Shown in pieces: positions 13,525-26,220 of a stretch of DNA of 57,669 bases. The number at the start of each line of letters is the position of its first letter. Within the stretch, counting starts at the first letter, position 1. Source of the DNA: Lama guanicoe (taxonomy: Eukaryota); NCBI GenBank assembly GCA_013239625.1, contig MU056000.1, forward strand, positions 14,533,787 to 14,591,455, in the 5' to 3' direction. Under the pieces are notes generated by a model. The model had not been told where the DNA came from and did no database searches. It worked only from the letters and a program-made list of their open reading frames with translations. The translations under genes and the position numbers were made by a program.

Positions 13525-13705
13525 GATGTTATGCTATTTACCACATATTACCTTCTTTATTTTTGTTCTTGGCAATCTCATCAGTTCTGTATTATTTTAT
13601 TAATTTTATAAATGAGAAAAAATGTGTACAATGTTCAGTTAACTCTTGCAAAGCCATTAAAAAACAAAAACACTGAGAATTAAACCCAAGTGTATAATTC
13701 AATAA
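13525..13705 (-). mobile_element. MIR remnant
   Basis: attttataaatgagaaaa...gttcagttaactcttgcaaagcc...ctgagaattaaacccaagt is a degenerate reverse MIR core. Confidence 0.5.
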
Positions 13706-15074
13706 TTAAGAGGTTGAGGTAACCATGTAGCACACGTGAAAACAACAACAGAAAAGTTGTCTCCACTAAATTATTTTACAGTATCCAGAAATACCACCTT
13801 AGAATATTCCAGAAAGGCTGTGAATACTATGACTTGGCTGAGCGTCAACCACGGCTCGTCCAGGCAAATGGGTTTGCTGATGCATGCCATAATCCACATT
13901 TTCGTAGAGTCTATATAAATTGGTTATTATTAAATACTGTTAACTCTGAGGGCATGCCCAGTGACTTTGTTTTTTTTAAAAAACCTCAATTTTGATGTCT
14001 TGATTAAAACTAAAGAACTGTAAAATATAAATCATCTCTCAAATGGAGGATGAGAGCAACAACTGTTAGTTTTCTTATACTATGTAGATGTTTTTTGGTA
14101 TTTGTCATGTATGGTTTTCTCTTTAATATTGCTAGATCTCATAACCACAGAGCTCCCTTACTTACTGTCTGATAGAAAATGTGCTGCAGACCCATGTGGT
14201 GGTAATTTTAAATAGAGTTATCCTAAATAATGACAAATAACGTTAGTTTCTACTGAGTGGCTACTATAGTATCAGTATTAAAAAATTTGTATATGGCCAC
14301 AACAGAACATTATGAACACAACAAAAAGCTATAATATCTTTCTCTTATTTCAGGTAACACTATAAAATTAGCACTTACACACTAAAACAACCACAGACAC
14401 CAAAGATAAATTCAGCAAAAGTGAGAGTAAATATATTCAGTTTATATTTAATTGGAAATAAAAACATGATAAATGGCATATATAAATATGTATTTGGAGA
14501 GATGATCTTAATGTAACTTTAAAATTACTTATATGCCTGCATGTAGGTATGAAGAAATAATTCAGGCTATAGTCATTAAAGATTAGAGAATAAAAATGTT
14601 AAAGGTGGATCATTAATAGTATTGACAAATATGAGAAAATCAACATTAAGTTATTTCTGACCACTGAAAAATTTGTATGAAGGAAAGGTAGAGAGAAAAA
14701 GAGGGAGGGAGCCAGTCAGCCCTAGGTGGTGACCCCAATCACTGAAGCAAAATTGGCCTTCTGGATGGATACTGAAAAAACCATGGTAACACGATGGTGC
14801 AATTGCAAAATGTTCTGATATCTGAATTCCATAAAGTATCTCAAGTGTTTTATTGTTTTCTTTCTGTGAAAGATGGACTGTGGCTTCTAATGACTGATGG
14901 CTGAAGTCACAAAGTGGATATCTTTGCAAAATGAGGAAAGAAAGAACATGAAGGAAATAGCTGGATCTAAAATGTAGCATCTCTTAAAATATATTTGCCA
15001 ATTTAATAGCATTTGGATGGATGGATCGAACTGTGTTAGAAATTAATCTTTGAACTCACTTTTGCACTAGAGAT

Positions 15075-15345
15075 AAGTACTGAGGCTCTGAAGTATGGTA
15101 AATCTGGGTTCAAGTTCATTTCAAAGAATCTAAACCTATGAGACTTTGAGGAGGTATTTAAGCATCCTAGACTTCACTTTTCCTCATGTGTAATAATAAT
15201 AATAATACATATCTCACTGGACTGTTTGATAGATAAATAATATTTTTGTTTAAAAACAATTCTTATGGTTACTGTGAAGATTAACATGCTTATATGTATA
15301 CTATTGGCTCACTATCTGGCGCACAGTAAAACCTTAATACACGCC
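15075..15345 (+). mobile_element. MIR SINE
   Basis: ggctctgaag...ctgggttcaag...gactttgaggaggtatttaagc...cttcacttttcctcatgtgtaa...tgtgaagattaa...ctggcgcacagtaaa follows the MIR consensus order. Confidence 0.7.
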
Positions 15346-15503
15346 AATTTGTGTTCTTCACTGCAGTGTTAAGCACCTAATTTTATTTAATATTAGTAAC
15401 TTCATTTAACCAGAGCATAGTAACAACCTTGAAGACAGAAGCTGTGGTTAGCTAATTTTAGGTACTCAATACATAGTCACTAATTAGTTAGATGTGTATA
15501 TAT

Positions 15504-15534
<31 letters not shown>

Positions 15535-15761
15535 ATTTCTAGTCCTCCATCAAACTTCTGGTGCTTGGCACAAATTCATCTATTTTCTAAGATAACAGAA
15601 ATAAAGTATTTTTAACAAAACTTAAAACAGAATAAAAAGACATGATGATTTAACTGTAAAAGCCACAGGAGTTATGCTGATTGCCATGTAAATAATAAAC
15701 TCTGGACAATTATTCTACACGAGCCAAGGTAAATTCTCTATGACTGCATGCCAAAAGACCC

Positions 15762-16301
15762 TGTTAGGGGCTGAACTGGGTGCTTTCAAAATTCATACGG
15801 TGAAGCCCTAACCACCAGTACCTTAGTGACTATTTAGAAATAGGGCCTTTAAAGAGGAGATTAAGTCAAATTGAGATAATTAGAATGGGTCCTAACCTAA
15901 TCTGATCAGTGTCCTCATAAGAAGAGAAAATTTAATGGGGGAGGGTGTAGCTCAAGCGGTAGAGCACATGCTTAGCATGCACGAGGTTCTGGGCTCAATC
16001 CCTGGCATCTCCTCCAAAAATAAATATGTAAACTTAATTACCTCCCCCTGCCAAAAAAAAAAAAGAGAGAAAATTTAGACACACAAAGGGACACCAGGGT
16101 TATGCATGCATGGAGGCGAGACTATATGAGAACAATGAAAGGATGACCATCTATGAGACAAGGAGAGAGACTGCAGGAAGAAGTAAATCTGTAGACACCT
16201 TGGTCTTGTATTTCCTCCAGAAATGTGAGAAAAAAAATTATGACATTTAAGACACCCAGTCTGTGGTGTTTTCTTACAGCACAACCCAATCACATGATAC
16301 C
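15762..16301 (+). mobile_element. MLT1B-like ERVL-MaLR LTR interrupted by a SINE
   Basis: Starts tgttaggggctgaactg; contains aaattcatacggtgaagccctaacc, gaaatagggcctttaaagagg, gtgtcctcataagaagag, gacaccttggtcttg, cctccagaaatgtgag and cacccagtctgtggt. Confidence 0.9.
15937..16064 (+). mobile_element. Full-length tRNA-Ala-derived SINE (camelid Vic-1 type)
   Basis: ggggagggtgtagctcaagcggtagagcacatgcttagcatgcacgaggttctgggctcaatccc gives a tRNA-Ala(AGC)-like head with Pol III A and B boxes, then a tail and poly(A). TSD agagaaaattta at 15923-15934 and 16066-16077. Confidence 0.92.
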
Positions 16302-16449
16302 AAAAGATCAGAAGAAGAAAGAGGTGGGAACTGGTCCGGTAGAAACTGTATGTTCTGGGAAGATTAGGAATGTACTGATGTGGAAAACATGGGCGTAGTG
16401 GATATAAAAATGGAAGGGTCATTAAATCGACCACCTTAAATTGTACCCC

Positions 16450-16687
16450 TCCTGCCCACATGGTGTTCTCAATCCTCTTCTCTCTGTTATTCCTTTTCCA
16501 TGGCACTGATTGCCTTCCAAAATACTATACAATATATTCATTTTCAACTTCTTTGCTTCCCCATGCCGAATTGTAGGTAGGGCCTGGATTTTAGTTTGCT
16601 TTCCTGCCTAATTTCTTTTTCAATGATAGGTACTACCCCAGAAAAGTGCCTGGCACTTAGTAGATCAAAAGACAATGAATAAATGAG
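16450..16687 (+). mobile_element. L2 3' end
   Basis: Ends ccagaaaagtgcctggcacttagtagat...aatgaataaatga, the L2 terminal motif. Confidence 0.65.
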
Positions 16688-17494
16688 CAGGTCCAGAGAG
16701 AAGAGACAACTACAGGGGTGGCCCTGAAAGTCAGAAACAATCGTGTGAGCTGGATAGTTTGGAAGAGACCCCTCCTGTTCAACCAAGGTCAAGTCAATAC
16801 TGACAATCAGAGTGGCTTGCCCCAAAGTACAGCATTGCTCTGCCAAATATTTCTACTGAGTAGCTAGCAGAAAGAAACTTTACCCTAACTCTTTCTGACC
16901 TTCAGAACTTATAAGGGTGTTTGTCTTAGAATAATTAAAAGTAAGAGATAAAACATAGAAAATGAAATTTTTAAAAAATCAATTGAAGCAATTCTTATGT
17001 TAATTTTTGTAAGTCTCTGTATTTTCAAATTGAAAACCAAAGCTCTGCTAAGATGAAATACATATGATGCATGCTCAGTCATTTCCAAAATGTAATCCAG
17101 TTAAGAACACAAAAAATATCAAACAGTGAATTACTAGAGCCTGACCAAAGTAATTAGCCAATTACTAGAGAGCGCAGAACTGTTCGCAGGAAATATAAAA
17201 TTCTAGAGATTTTCTTATCAGAGAAGTGAGACAATACATTCTGTGTCATCAGAGAAGTAAGAATTAAGATTTTTCTTTACACCAGCAAAGATGAAGAGGT
17301 CCTGGGACAAAGCCGCATGGGGAGAATAGATGTGCTATAAATAGTAAATGGACTGAAGGGTCCTTTTTAATAGAAGAAACAGTGGTATAAAATGCTGGAA
17401 AGTAACTGGCCAATTTATGAAAAACACTGGCTTTCACAAAAATCCTTGCAGACTTTTATTTAAGGAATGCCAATTATGGTAATTCATTAAAGTA

Positions 17495-18769
17495 ATATCA
17501 TATGATTGACATTATAAGCCTCCTAGAAGAAAACATAGGCAAAACATTATCTGACATAAATTTTAGCAATGTTCCCCTAGGGCTGCCTACCCAGGCAACA
17601 GAAATAAAAGCAAAAATAAATAAATGAGGTGTAATTAAAATCATAAGCTTTTGCACAGCAAAGGAAACCATAAGCAAAACAAAATAACAACCTACATAAT
17701 GGGAGAAAATATTTGCAAATGATGAGGCTGACAGAGGCTTAATTTCCAGAATATATAAATGGCTCATACAACTTAATAACAAAGAAACAAACAACCCAAT
17801 CCCCCCAAATGGGCAGAAGACCTAAACAAGTCATTCTCCAATGAAGACATACAAATGGCCAATAGGCACAAGAAAAAATGCTCAATATTGCTGATTATCA
17901 GAGAAATGCAAATCAAAACTACAATGAGGTATCACTTCACACCAGGCAGGATGGCCATCATTCAAAAGTCCATAAACGATAAATGCTGGAGAGGCTGTGG
18001 AGAAAAGGGAACCTTCCTACACTGCTGTTGGGAATGTAGTTTGGTGCAGTCATTATGGAAAACAGTATGCAGATTCCTCAAAAATCTAAAAATAGACTTA
18101 CCCTATGATCCAGTAGTCCTACTCTTGAGCAGAATTAGAGGGAACTCTAATTCAAAATGATACTTGCACCCCAATGTTCATAGCAACACTATTTACAATA
18201 ACCAAGACATGGAAGCAACCTAAATGTCCATCGACAGGTGACTGGATAAAGAAGCTGTGATATATTCATACAATGGAATACTACTCAGCCATAAAAAGTA
18301 ATGAAATAATGCCACATGCAGCAGCATGATTGGACCTAGAGATTGTCATTCTAAGTGAAGTAAGCCAGAAAGAGCAAGAAAAACACCAATGATATCACTT
18401 ATATGTGGAATCTTAAAAAAAAATACAAATGAAGTTATTTACAAAACAGAAACAGACTTACAGACATAGAAAACAAAATTATGGTTACCAAAGAGGGGAA
18501 AGGTGTGAGAAGGGATAAATTGGGAGTTCAAGATTTGCAGATATTAACTACTATATATAAAATAAATGGACAAGTTTATATCGTATAGCACAGGGAACTA
18601 TATTCAATATCTTGTAGGAACTTATAATAAAAAAGGTTAAGAAAATGAATATATGTCTATGTTTATGTATGAATGAAACATTATGCTGTACACCAGAAAT
18701 TGACACGTTGTAAACTGACTATACTTGAACTAAAAACAAACAAACAAAAAAAAACAAGCAAACAGAAAC
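17495..18769 (+). mobile_element. 5'-truncated L1 (ORF2 C-terminus plus 3' UTR)
   Basis: Track ORF 17855-18160 ([10 protein letters not shown]...[20 protein letters not shown]) is the L1 cysteine-rich C-terminus. Colinear with about 10630-11900 and ends in an A-rich tail. No clear TSD. Confidence 0.95.
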
Positions 18770-21604
18770 GACTTCAAAAAACACCAGTTGCACTCTGTTT
18801 TTCTTTTTCAAATTAAATTCAAATCAAGTGTGCACGATTTCATTGTGGGCTATGTTATAACTACAAGCTAGACTATTTTTTTACCCTACTACTATCAATA
18901 TACTAATCATTGCCTTTCACATCCCGTTCTCCTGCAGGTCATCCAGTTCCTTCCCCATGAGTGCTACGGTGACCATTTAGTCTGCCATCTAAACATGGAT
19001 GCTTTTATTAATACTTATATTGGACCAGCAGGTATAAAGTTGACAATCCCATGAAAAGTAGAAGGTGTATTGGTCCTACCTCTCATTCTGAATATGAGCT
19101 ATTATTTGCCTCCCCTTGTTAAAGACACAAATATTGCTAATGTAATGATATTTCTTTTTCTACCTTCAGTTAATTAATCCTCCTCTAATATTATAGCCAA
19201 GATTCCAAAGTGGACTTGCAATTAAATGTTATTTTGTAATAGAAAGTATTTTAAACCTATTTTTTTATCTTTGGATGTTCTGAGTTAACACTGTTGAGTC
19301 CATTTGGAGGACAAGTGTTCAAACCAAAAATGTATCCAAATATAAGCCATTGAAGTACTTTAAAAATTAAAGCTTAGTGCATTATTTAGTGCATATAACT
19401 GCTTATATATTGTGGAAACATCCTGAGTGTACATTTAAAAAGCAGTTCTTCCAGGAATGTTTTTCAGAGCTTTCAAAGGCTGACAGAATTCCTGCTTCAA
19501 TTGGAAATTGTTAAAAAAAAAAATCCTCTGGGATTATTGAAATGTGGAATATCTACCATTTGTATTTTATTTTTTTGTCTCAGTTTTCCAGATGCCTTTA
19601 GTGTCTGTACGATGAAGAACAGTTTCTAGTTGATCAACTGACATAAAATGCTTTGATTAACTTACTATTGTATTGCAATACTCCTTTGGAAATATTTTTA
19701 ATTTGCTGTTGAACTGAAATGCTCTTTCAGATCTATTTTTTTCCTAGAGATCAAGGAAAAGTGACAAGTTTTTGAAAATAGGTAATCCACATAATTACAG
19801 AATTCAATTTGTAATAATAGAGATACACTTGCAAACACAGTAAATGATATGGAAGTGTTTACTGTGTAGAGAGGGTGGTAGCTTTTCATGATTAGATAGA
19901 ATAATAATGTCATTATCAACAGGATTGTTACAAAGATCATTACATATGCGACTATATCACAATCTGGCAAGACCCGCCCGTGAGATAGTAAACCTAACAT
20001 TCAAATAAAATTTAACTGAAAATTTAAATACTGTTATATGGGGGGGAAAATCATTTTATTTAAACTGTTTAGCAATCAAGTTTTTAATTTTAAAAATGTT
20101 TAAAGTTTTCAAAACCCTGTTATGAAGAGAACTGTCAAAGTTGCATATATTTTTATATTACTCATTTAATCATATCAAATGATATACTTTATTATATATT
20201 AAGTGACATTTACTCTATTAAGACCTTTTTTGGATCATATTTACTCAAGAAATCCTCGGGTTCTATATCACATGCAACTGACCTAGGCAAGCTAGAGAAT
20301 CCCTGTTGCTCAGTGCAAACTTGATAGAGGGAAACATGTGAAAACCACTGTGAAAAATCTCAGCACCCATCCTTGGTTGTACAGAATAATCCTGATCTAA
20401 GAGTTCTGAGCCCCAGTATCCACCTCTCTCTCCCCAAAGACTGAGGACAAATAATTTCCAAAGCCTTCATAACAAGCGCCGTGTCAGAAGGAGGATCTCG
20501 GGGCCTCTTCAGGCTAAGCTGGCAGGCGTTTGACAGTCTTGATGCTAACTAGGATCTTGGGCTTTGCAGAATGTGCAACAAAATGATTTGTGTTTCTAGT
20601 CTCTCTGCTAATACAGATGAGAAAATTCTATGGCTCAACGGGTTTTGCAAACTTTTGGCTTGCTGTTGATTACCAGACCACACTAGAGATAGCTGAGAGA
20701 CAGAGAGTGGGAGAGCTTAGATAAGTGGAGAGAAGAATCCTTTTAATTTTCTCCGTCTCACTTTCTCTCTAACATGTGTGTATGCGTGTGTGTGCATACA
20801 TATTATTTTCCATAGTGTGAAATTAAAACATTACGGACACTGTAAAATCATCATCGTAATTAGAGCCACGTAGCCGAAATTGTAACAACATGCATATCCC
20901 AGGTACACCAATTAGTTAAATTTATATTTTTCAAAGTGAAAGTTGAGCTTTGCTTTTAATTTTAAAAATGACCGCAACATCACTTAAAAATAAAGAAAAA
21001 AAATTAGACAATTAAAATCTCAATTCCAAAATTGTTTTTATACATAGTTTAAAAACAATTTTGCACATATGTGTGTGTGTCAGTCTGAATGGCTCATGGG
21101 CCCTTCTTGAGAAGAGAGTTTCATTTGCAAAATATTCCTAGACTTCCTTTACTCCTCATTAATTCATCCCCAAGTAAGAAGTCGTAACTTGATTTGACGG
21201 GCAAGTTGGAATTTAAAAAATGCAGGAAGCGTAGGTTGGTCTATATCTCACTCTTCCTTCTTGGAACCAGCCAGTCTGCTATGAGCGTATTTTGATTTCT
21301 ATCAGTCATGCTGTCACTTTAGGGGTGAATGAGCTGTTCCCAATGGAGAGACTATTATTATTTACCACATAAATAATATGTGGTAAATAATCTTGTAAAT
21401 ATTGGAGACTCAACATTATCAAGTCAACTTGACTACAGAAATCGGCCATTAATCAGCAATAGCAGTGTCTCTCTTATCAGAGATACACAGGATATTTTGG
21501 TCTCAATTCTGCCTCACATATACCTTGCAATCGATTACAATCAGGGGAGGAATGAGAACAACTACTTTAAAATCAAAAGCTATTTGATGAAGTTACTCAT
21601 ATAT

Positions 21605-21720
21605 ATCCACCCACGTCTCTTCACAGATGAGAAAACTGAGGCACAGAGCTCTCTACAATAATATGTCCAAGGACATATATGTAATAAGTAGAAGAAGTCA
21701 GATTTCATTTTTGGACATAA
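21605..21720 (-). mobile_element. MIR core
   Basis: Near-perfect MIR core ttcacagatgagaaaactgaggcacagag...tgtccaaggacata. Confidence 0.8.
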
Positions 21721-22081
21721 CTTACTTCATATAATCAATCTCCTATATGTTATATTCAATTTGTTTTCAATCATTTGACCTTATGAACGAATAATACATA
21801 ATATACTAGCCAAAGACACTTATTTAAATCTTCCTGACTTTCACTTTGACGTTTTCAACATTACTGAAAACCATAGTTTTCCCAATAATTATTTCTTATT
21901 TATAGAGAAAATAAAAATTCTAAACTGTCTACTTTCCAGGGCATGCCTACTACTACCACCATGCTTCAGTGTTTAAAAAATGCAGAAACCTTCCTCATGC
22001 ATTACATGCTTCGGTGTCTCAGAGGCTGTGCATTTCTTTTGCAGTTAAAGGCTTAATTGTTCTTAATTTGAACTCTCCAAT

Positions 22082-22210
22082 CTGGGAGTCAGCAAACTTT
22101 TCTTCTGCAAAGGACCAGGTGATCATTTTGGTTTTGTGGGGCATGGTCTCAGTTGCAGCCACTAGGGACGGCCATAGACACAAATGAAAGTATATGTGAG
22201 GACTGTCCAC
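22082..22210. mobile_element. MER58A-like hAT-Charlie MITE fragment
   Basis: ggagtcagcaaacttttcttctgcaaaggaccagg...ttttgtggggcatggtctcagttgcagc...gccatagaca matches the MER58A terminus. Confidence 0.8.
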
Positions 22211-22289
22211 TCTTGCCAGAATACTACATACGATTCAGTCTCACTTATGATCAACACACTCTCATACTGCAGACAGAACCTAAATCATG

Positions 22290-22470
22290 ATGTGTTGTTA
22301 GAAACACAGACTTTGGAACCAGAGTGTCTGCATTTATCTTGTGGTTTTATCTACAAATGGAAATTCTTAAAGTTTCTACATCAAAGAATTGCTATTGGAT
22401 ATGAATGAATTAATACATAGGAAATAATTAGACAAATTCAGACACATAAAGGGGCTCTGTAAGTGCATGA
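22290..22470 (+). mobile_element. MIR remnant
   Basis: cacagactttggaaccagag...ttttatctacaaatggaaat...gaattgctattggatatgaatgaattaatac. Confidence 0.6.
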
Positions 22471-22979
22471 AGCAAAAAATATGATTGTAACCAATTATTA
22501 TTATTTATATTTCATGCTTAACATCCTGTTGTCAAGTATAATGACCTGATGAGTTTCCACCATCAAGTTTCACAGATTTAATCACTTTCTATTAATTCAC
22601 AGAGCTTTGCATTATTTAAAATCTGGTTTACACTGTAGGAGAGCAAGTACTGTTAAATCCATCACGGATAATAATTTCACAAGAAACTCAGGATTTCTGA
22701 TAGCTTTCCTCTCCCTATTTACAATAGGAACAAACTGGAATTTATAAACTTTCTATCACTGAGCCATATTTTATAGCTAATCTCCCTTGAATGTGAAGTG
22801 GTTTCATTTATAATGACTATCTTTTCAAAGCTCTGCAACGAGGCAGAACAGCATCAATTTTCAAGGACAGGGAGTAACAAAAACGATTAATTATTATCAT
22901 GGTAATGAACAGTCAAAACACAATATATTTAGGCTCCAAATAAAAGTGCCACTGTTACATACAATTGAGATCATCAATC

Positions 22980-23033
22980 TATATATATATATANNNNNNN
23001 NNNNNNNNNNNNNNNNNNNNNNNNNNNNNNNNN
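22980..23033. repeat. (TA)n microsatellite running into a 40-N assembly gap
   Basis: TA tract 22980-22993, Ns 22994-23033. Confidence 0.95.
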
Positions 23034-24536
23034 ACAACTGACTCTCATCAATCTATTTCGTTTTCAAAACCACAATGACAAGGTTCATTGAAGAGAGATG
23101 TAATACTTATATTTACCATAGAAAAACTAATCTCATAAGAGTAGAAAATAATACTGCAGTATACAGTTTGGCATGGTAGTCGTTGCACGACTTATGATCT
23201 GTACACTCCTAAAACCGAACGCCTTTTCAGTAGGCAAATTTGATAAGTCCCATCTTTGACCTGCTCAGTGATTCATTTGTAAAACTAGTGACATGTTTCA
23301 GAAGAACGTGCATAAATTAAAATGAGGTAGCTGTGGCACAGCATATATTAATGAAAGGGCCTTACAACTGAAGGGTGTCTAGCCCCAGGTATACAGATGA
23401 GCCCTTAAGTGTTGCCTCCTCTCAGTGCATTTCAATTTTACTAACTTCCTAATGCAGTAATACGTTGATTTAACATAACAGTAAGTAACTGACTTGTTAA
23501 TCCTGAGACTCGGAATGTTCAGGCTTACACATTGCAACCCAGGTAAAAATTAAATATCATATGCTATACTAATGTTTCAATCTATCAATTTACAATTTAG
23601 ATTTGTGGCATATTTAGCAAAGCTATTAAATTTTCCATGTTTTAAGGTGAAATAAAATGTATGGTAACGCATATGAAAACTAAAATACTGCTTTCTGCAT
23701 GATTCTTAAAGTTTGTCTCAGTGATAATTACTTAAAGAACTTACTACTTGCAAAAATAAATCGTAATAAATTCTGATTCATGTGAAGATATTAATCCAGA
23801 AATGTTATTGTCTCACTGAAAATTTGTAGTAAAAGCCATGGGATCCATGATGTTAATTATTTAATCCACAAAAATATTAAAATGGAAAATACCTAATGGA
23901 TTGCTTTACCTTATGAATTCATTAAACATCACTGAGATGCAGTGAATTTTCTAAAAAAAATGAATATAGAGCCTCCATAATTTATGTGAAAATAATTTCA
24001 AACTTGAGTATAACTTTTCCTACTTTCCATTTACAGCAATACCACATTATAGCTTTACGGTTTACAGTAGATTTGAATGAAGATATACTGTGAAACACTT
24101 GTACATATATGTCTCTAACATTTCTGTGACCATCTAAACACAATTATCTTTCATTCCTAGTTAAAAATGGTCCATGTGCTGCTTGAACTAAAAAGTTATC
24201 CAACCGCCATGTCTGGGGGATGCCTGTGCTTCCAAAGCTGGACACTAGCTGACAATGAGATTTTCTTAGCCCATGTTCATCAAGTTTCAATTACTACTGA
24301 GGCATATAAAGAGGGAAAGACTCAACCTGCATTACAAGGAGAACATTTTTTATTGTAGTATTTTTATTTGACGGAAGAATTTTGATTTTTTGACTAAATT
24401 ACTAGTAGAGAAAGGACCAAAAGATAATTTTCAGAAAATTAATTGTTTCATATAACTGTGTAGCCCTGAGGAGTTCCACTGAGGTGGGCTGGGAGATGGC
24501 GTATCAATGTTTTCTTTAATATTAATGGTTTCTACC

Positions 24537-24996
24537 AGACAGAAAAAAGATAATGCACGTCACATTTGTAATTTTAAATTTTCTAGTAACCACACTATAA
24601 AACAGGTAAAATTAATTGTGACATTACATTTTATTTGCACAGTTATATCCAAAGCATTATCGCATCAACATATAGGCAGTAAAAATTATTCATGAGAGTG
24701 TTTGTCTTCTGTTTTTCATACCAAGGATTCAAAAATCCATGTACATTTTAAATTTACAGCACATTTTGATTTGAACGCTAAATTTTCAACAGTTTAAGTA
24801 AAATGTAGTCCCAGTAACACAGTTTAACAGAAAGGAAAAATATTTTGCATTACTTCAGTTTATGTATTAAAATTTAAATTAATTTCAATTAAATAAAGTT
24901 AAAAATTCAGTTTCTCAGTTGCACTAACAACATTTCAAGTGTTCAGCAGACACCTCTGCCTACTATGCTATGTGCCATCCTGCTGGACAGTGTAGT
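24537..24996. mobile_element. Charlie1b/MER33-family hAT DNA transposon deletion derivative
   Basis: gtaattttaaattttctagtaaccac, tatatccaaagcattatc, acagcacattttgatttg, aaaattcagtttctcagttgcactaacaacatttcaagtgttca and terminus tggacagtgtag. Confidence 0.85.
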
Positions 24997-25879
24997 TCTA
25001 AACCAGGTAGCAGATCGGAAAATGTGAGCCTATTTCTTGAGTAATTTATTTTTTAATAAAATGCAGCTATAAATATACTATTTCCATGTTTATAAAGTGT
25101 ATGGACTTCTACAATGTTTATCTCTAAAATGTGATAATGTTTACCAGAATAATAAATACATAATATAGATATCTAACTACCAATTTTTGAAGTGACTAAT
25201 TCGATGATCTCTAAAAGAAGTTAGTTTAAATGTTATTAATAGAGTATTATTCAGAGATTCAGACCATGGAATGGTCATGCTCAATGAAGGTGAGAGCACA
25301 ATTTCAATCCTGTGATGTGACAGCAGCAGAGAATGGAACCAAGAGCCTTGCTTTGTGTAACGAGAAGATTAGTAGGTTCTCAGAAGGGAAAAGCATGGTG
25401 GCAACCAAAAAAGATCAATTAGACAAAACTCACTGATCACAGAGTCCCTGTTTCTCTCAAACAATACAGTCATCTGATACGAACTGCGCACTTGAAGGGA
25501 GAATGAATACAAAGATCAAGGAAACAGAAAATTAGAAATGAAATAAATGAATATTAAAGCATTTCGGTTTGCTCATCTATTACTGTTTTTCTGAATCCAG
25601 TGTAACTTCTCGTTAAAAGACACCAAACTGATGATAAAATATGAAATTGATTTGTCTACATAAAGATAAAAATACTATGGAGAGAGAAGTTAGACCTAAC
25701 AAAACAAGAGAGAAAGGAATAAATTATTGGAGGACGTAATGGAATGGTTTACTCAAGCCCCAGTTAGAATTAAAAATGTGAAGGAATGTACACACATGTC
25801 CTATGTTCAGTAAATTAAGTTATATGGAGGAATGGACAATTCTGTCATTCAAATCAAAGTTTTAATATAGACACTGAAA

Positions 25880-26220
25880 AGTCATTCAGTCTCTCTTAAC
25901 CTCAATTTCTCCTTCTGTAAAATGGGATTAACTGAAGGTTAGACTATTAGGAGTAGAAATAACATAAGGCCAATCATTCAGAGCCATTCATAAACAGTAC
26001 TTCTGTTGAGCTCTGACTATACATCCTTAATTGTATACATACTCTCTATTCTTATATCCTTTCAGAGAACTCACAAGGTTGAAATTACTTTCCACATTTG
26101 AGACATGAAAATCTACCCTCAGTGGTATTAAATATCAAGTAAAATTACCTAACTAGTAAGCTGTAGAGCAGGGGTTCAAACACAGGTAGTCCAGAAACCT
26201 TGCTCTGAATTGCTTTAACT
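25880..26220. mobile_element. Two opposed MIR remnants (+ about 25880-25990, - about 26030-26220)
   Basis: cctcaatttctccttctgtaaaatgggat is a + core; actagtaagctgtagagcaggggttcaaacacagg is a reverse MIR. Confidence 0.6.

Noticed and set aside
15937..16015. tRNA-Ala gene
   Set aside because: It has a SINE tail, poly(A) and TSD, a degenerate T-arm/B box, and sits inside an LTR.
15748..16309. 13-bp similarity flanking MLT1B (atgccaaaagacc / ataccaaaagatc)
   Set aside because: MaLR TSDs are 5 bp and the right copy overlaps the LTR end; probably chance.
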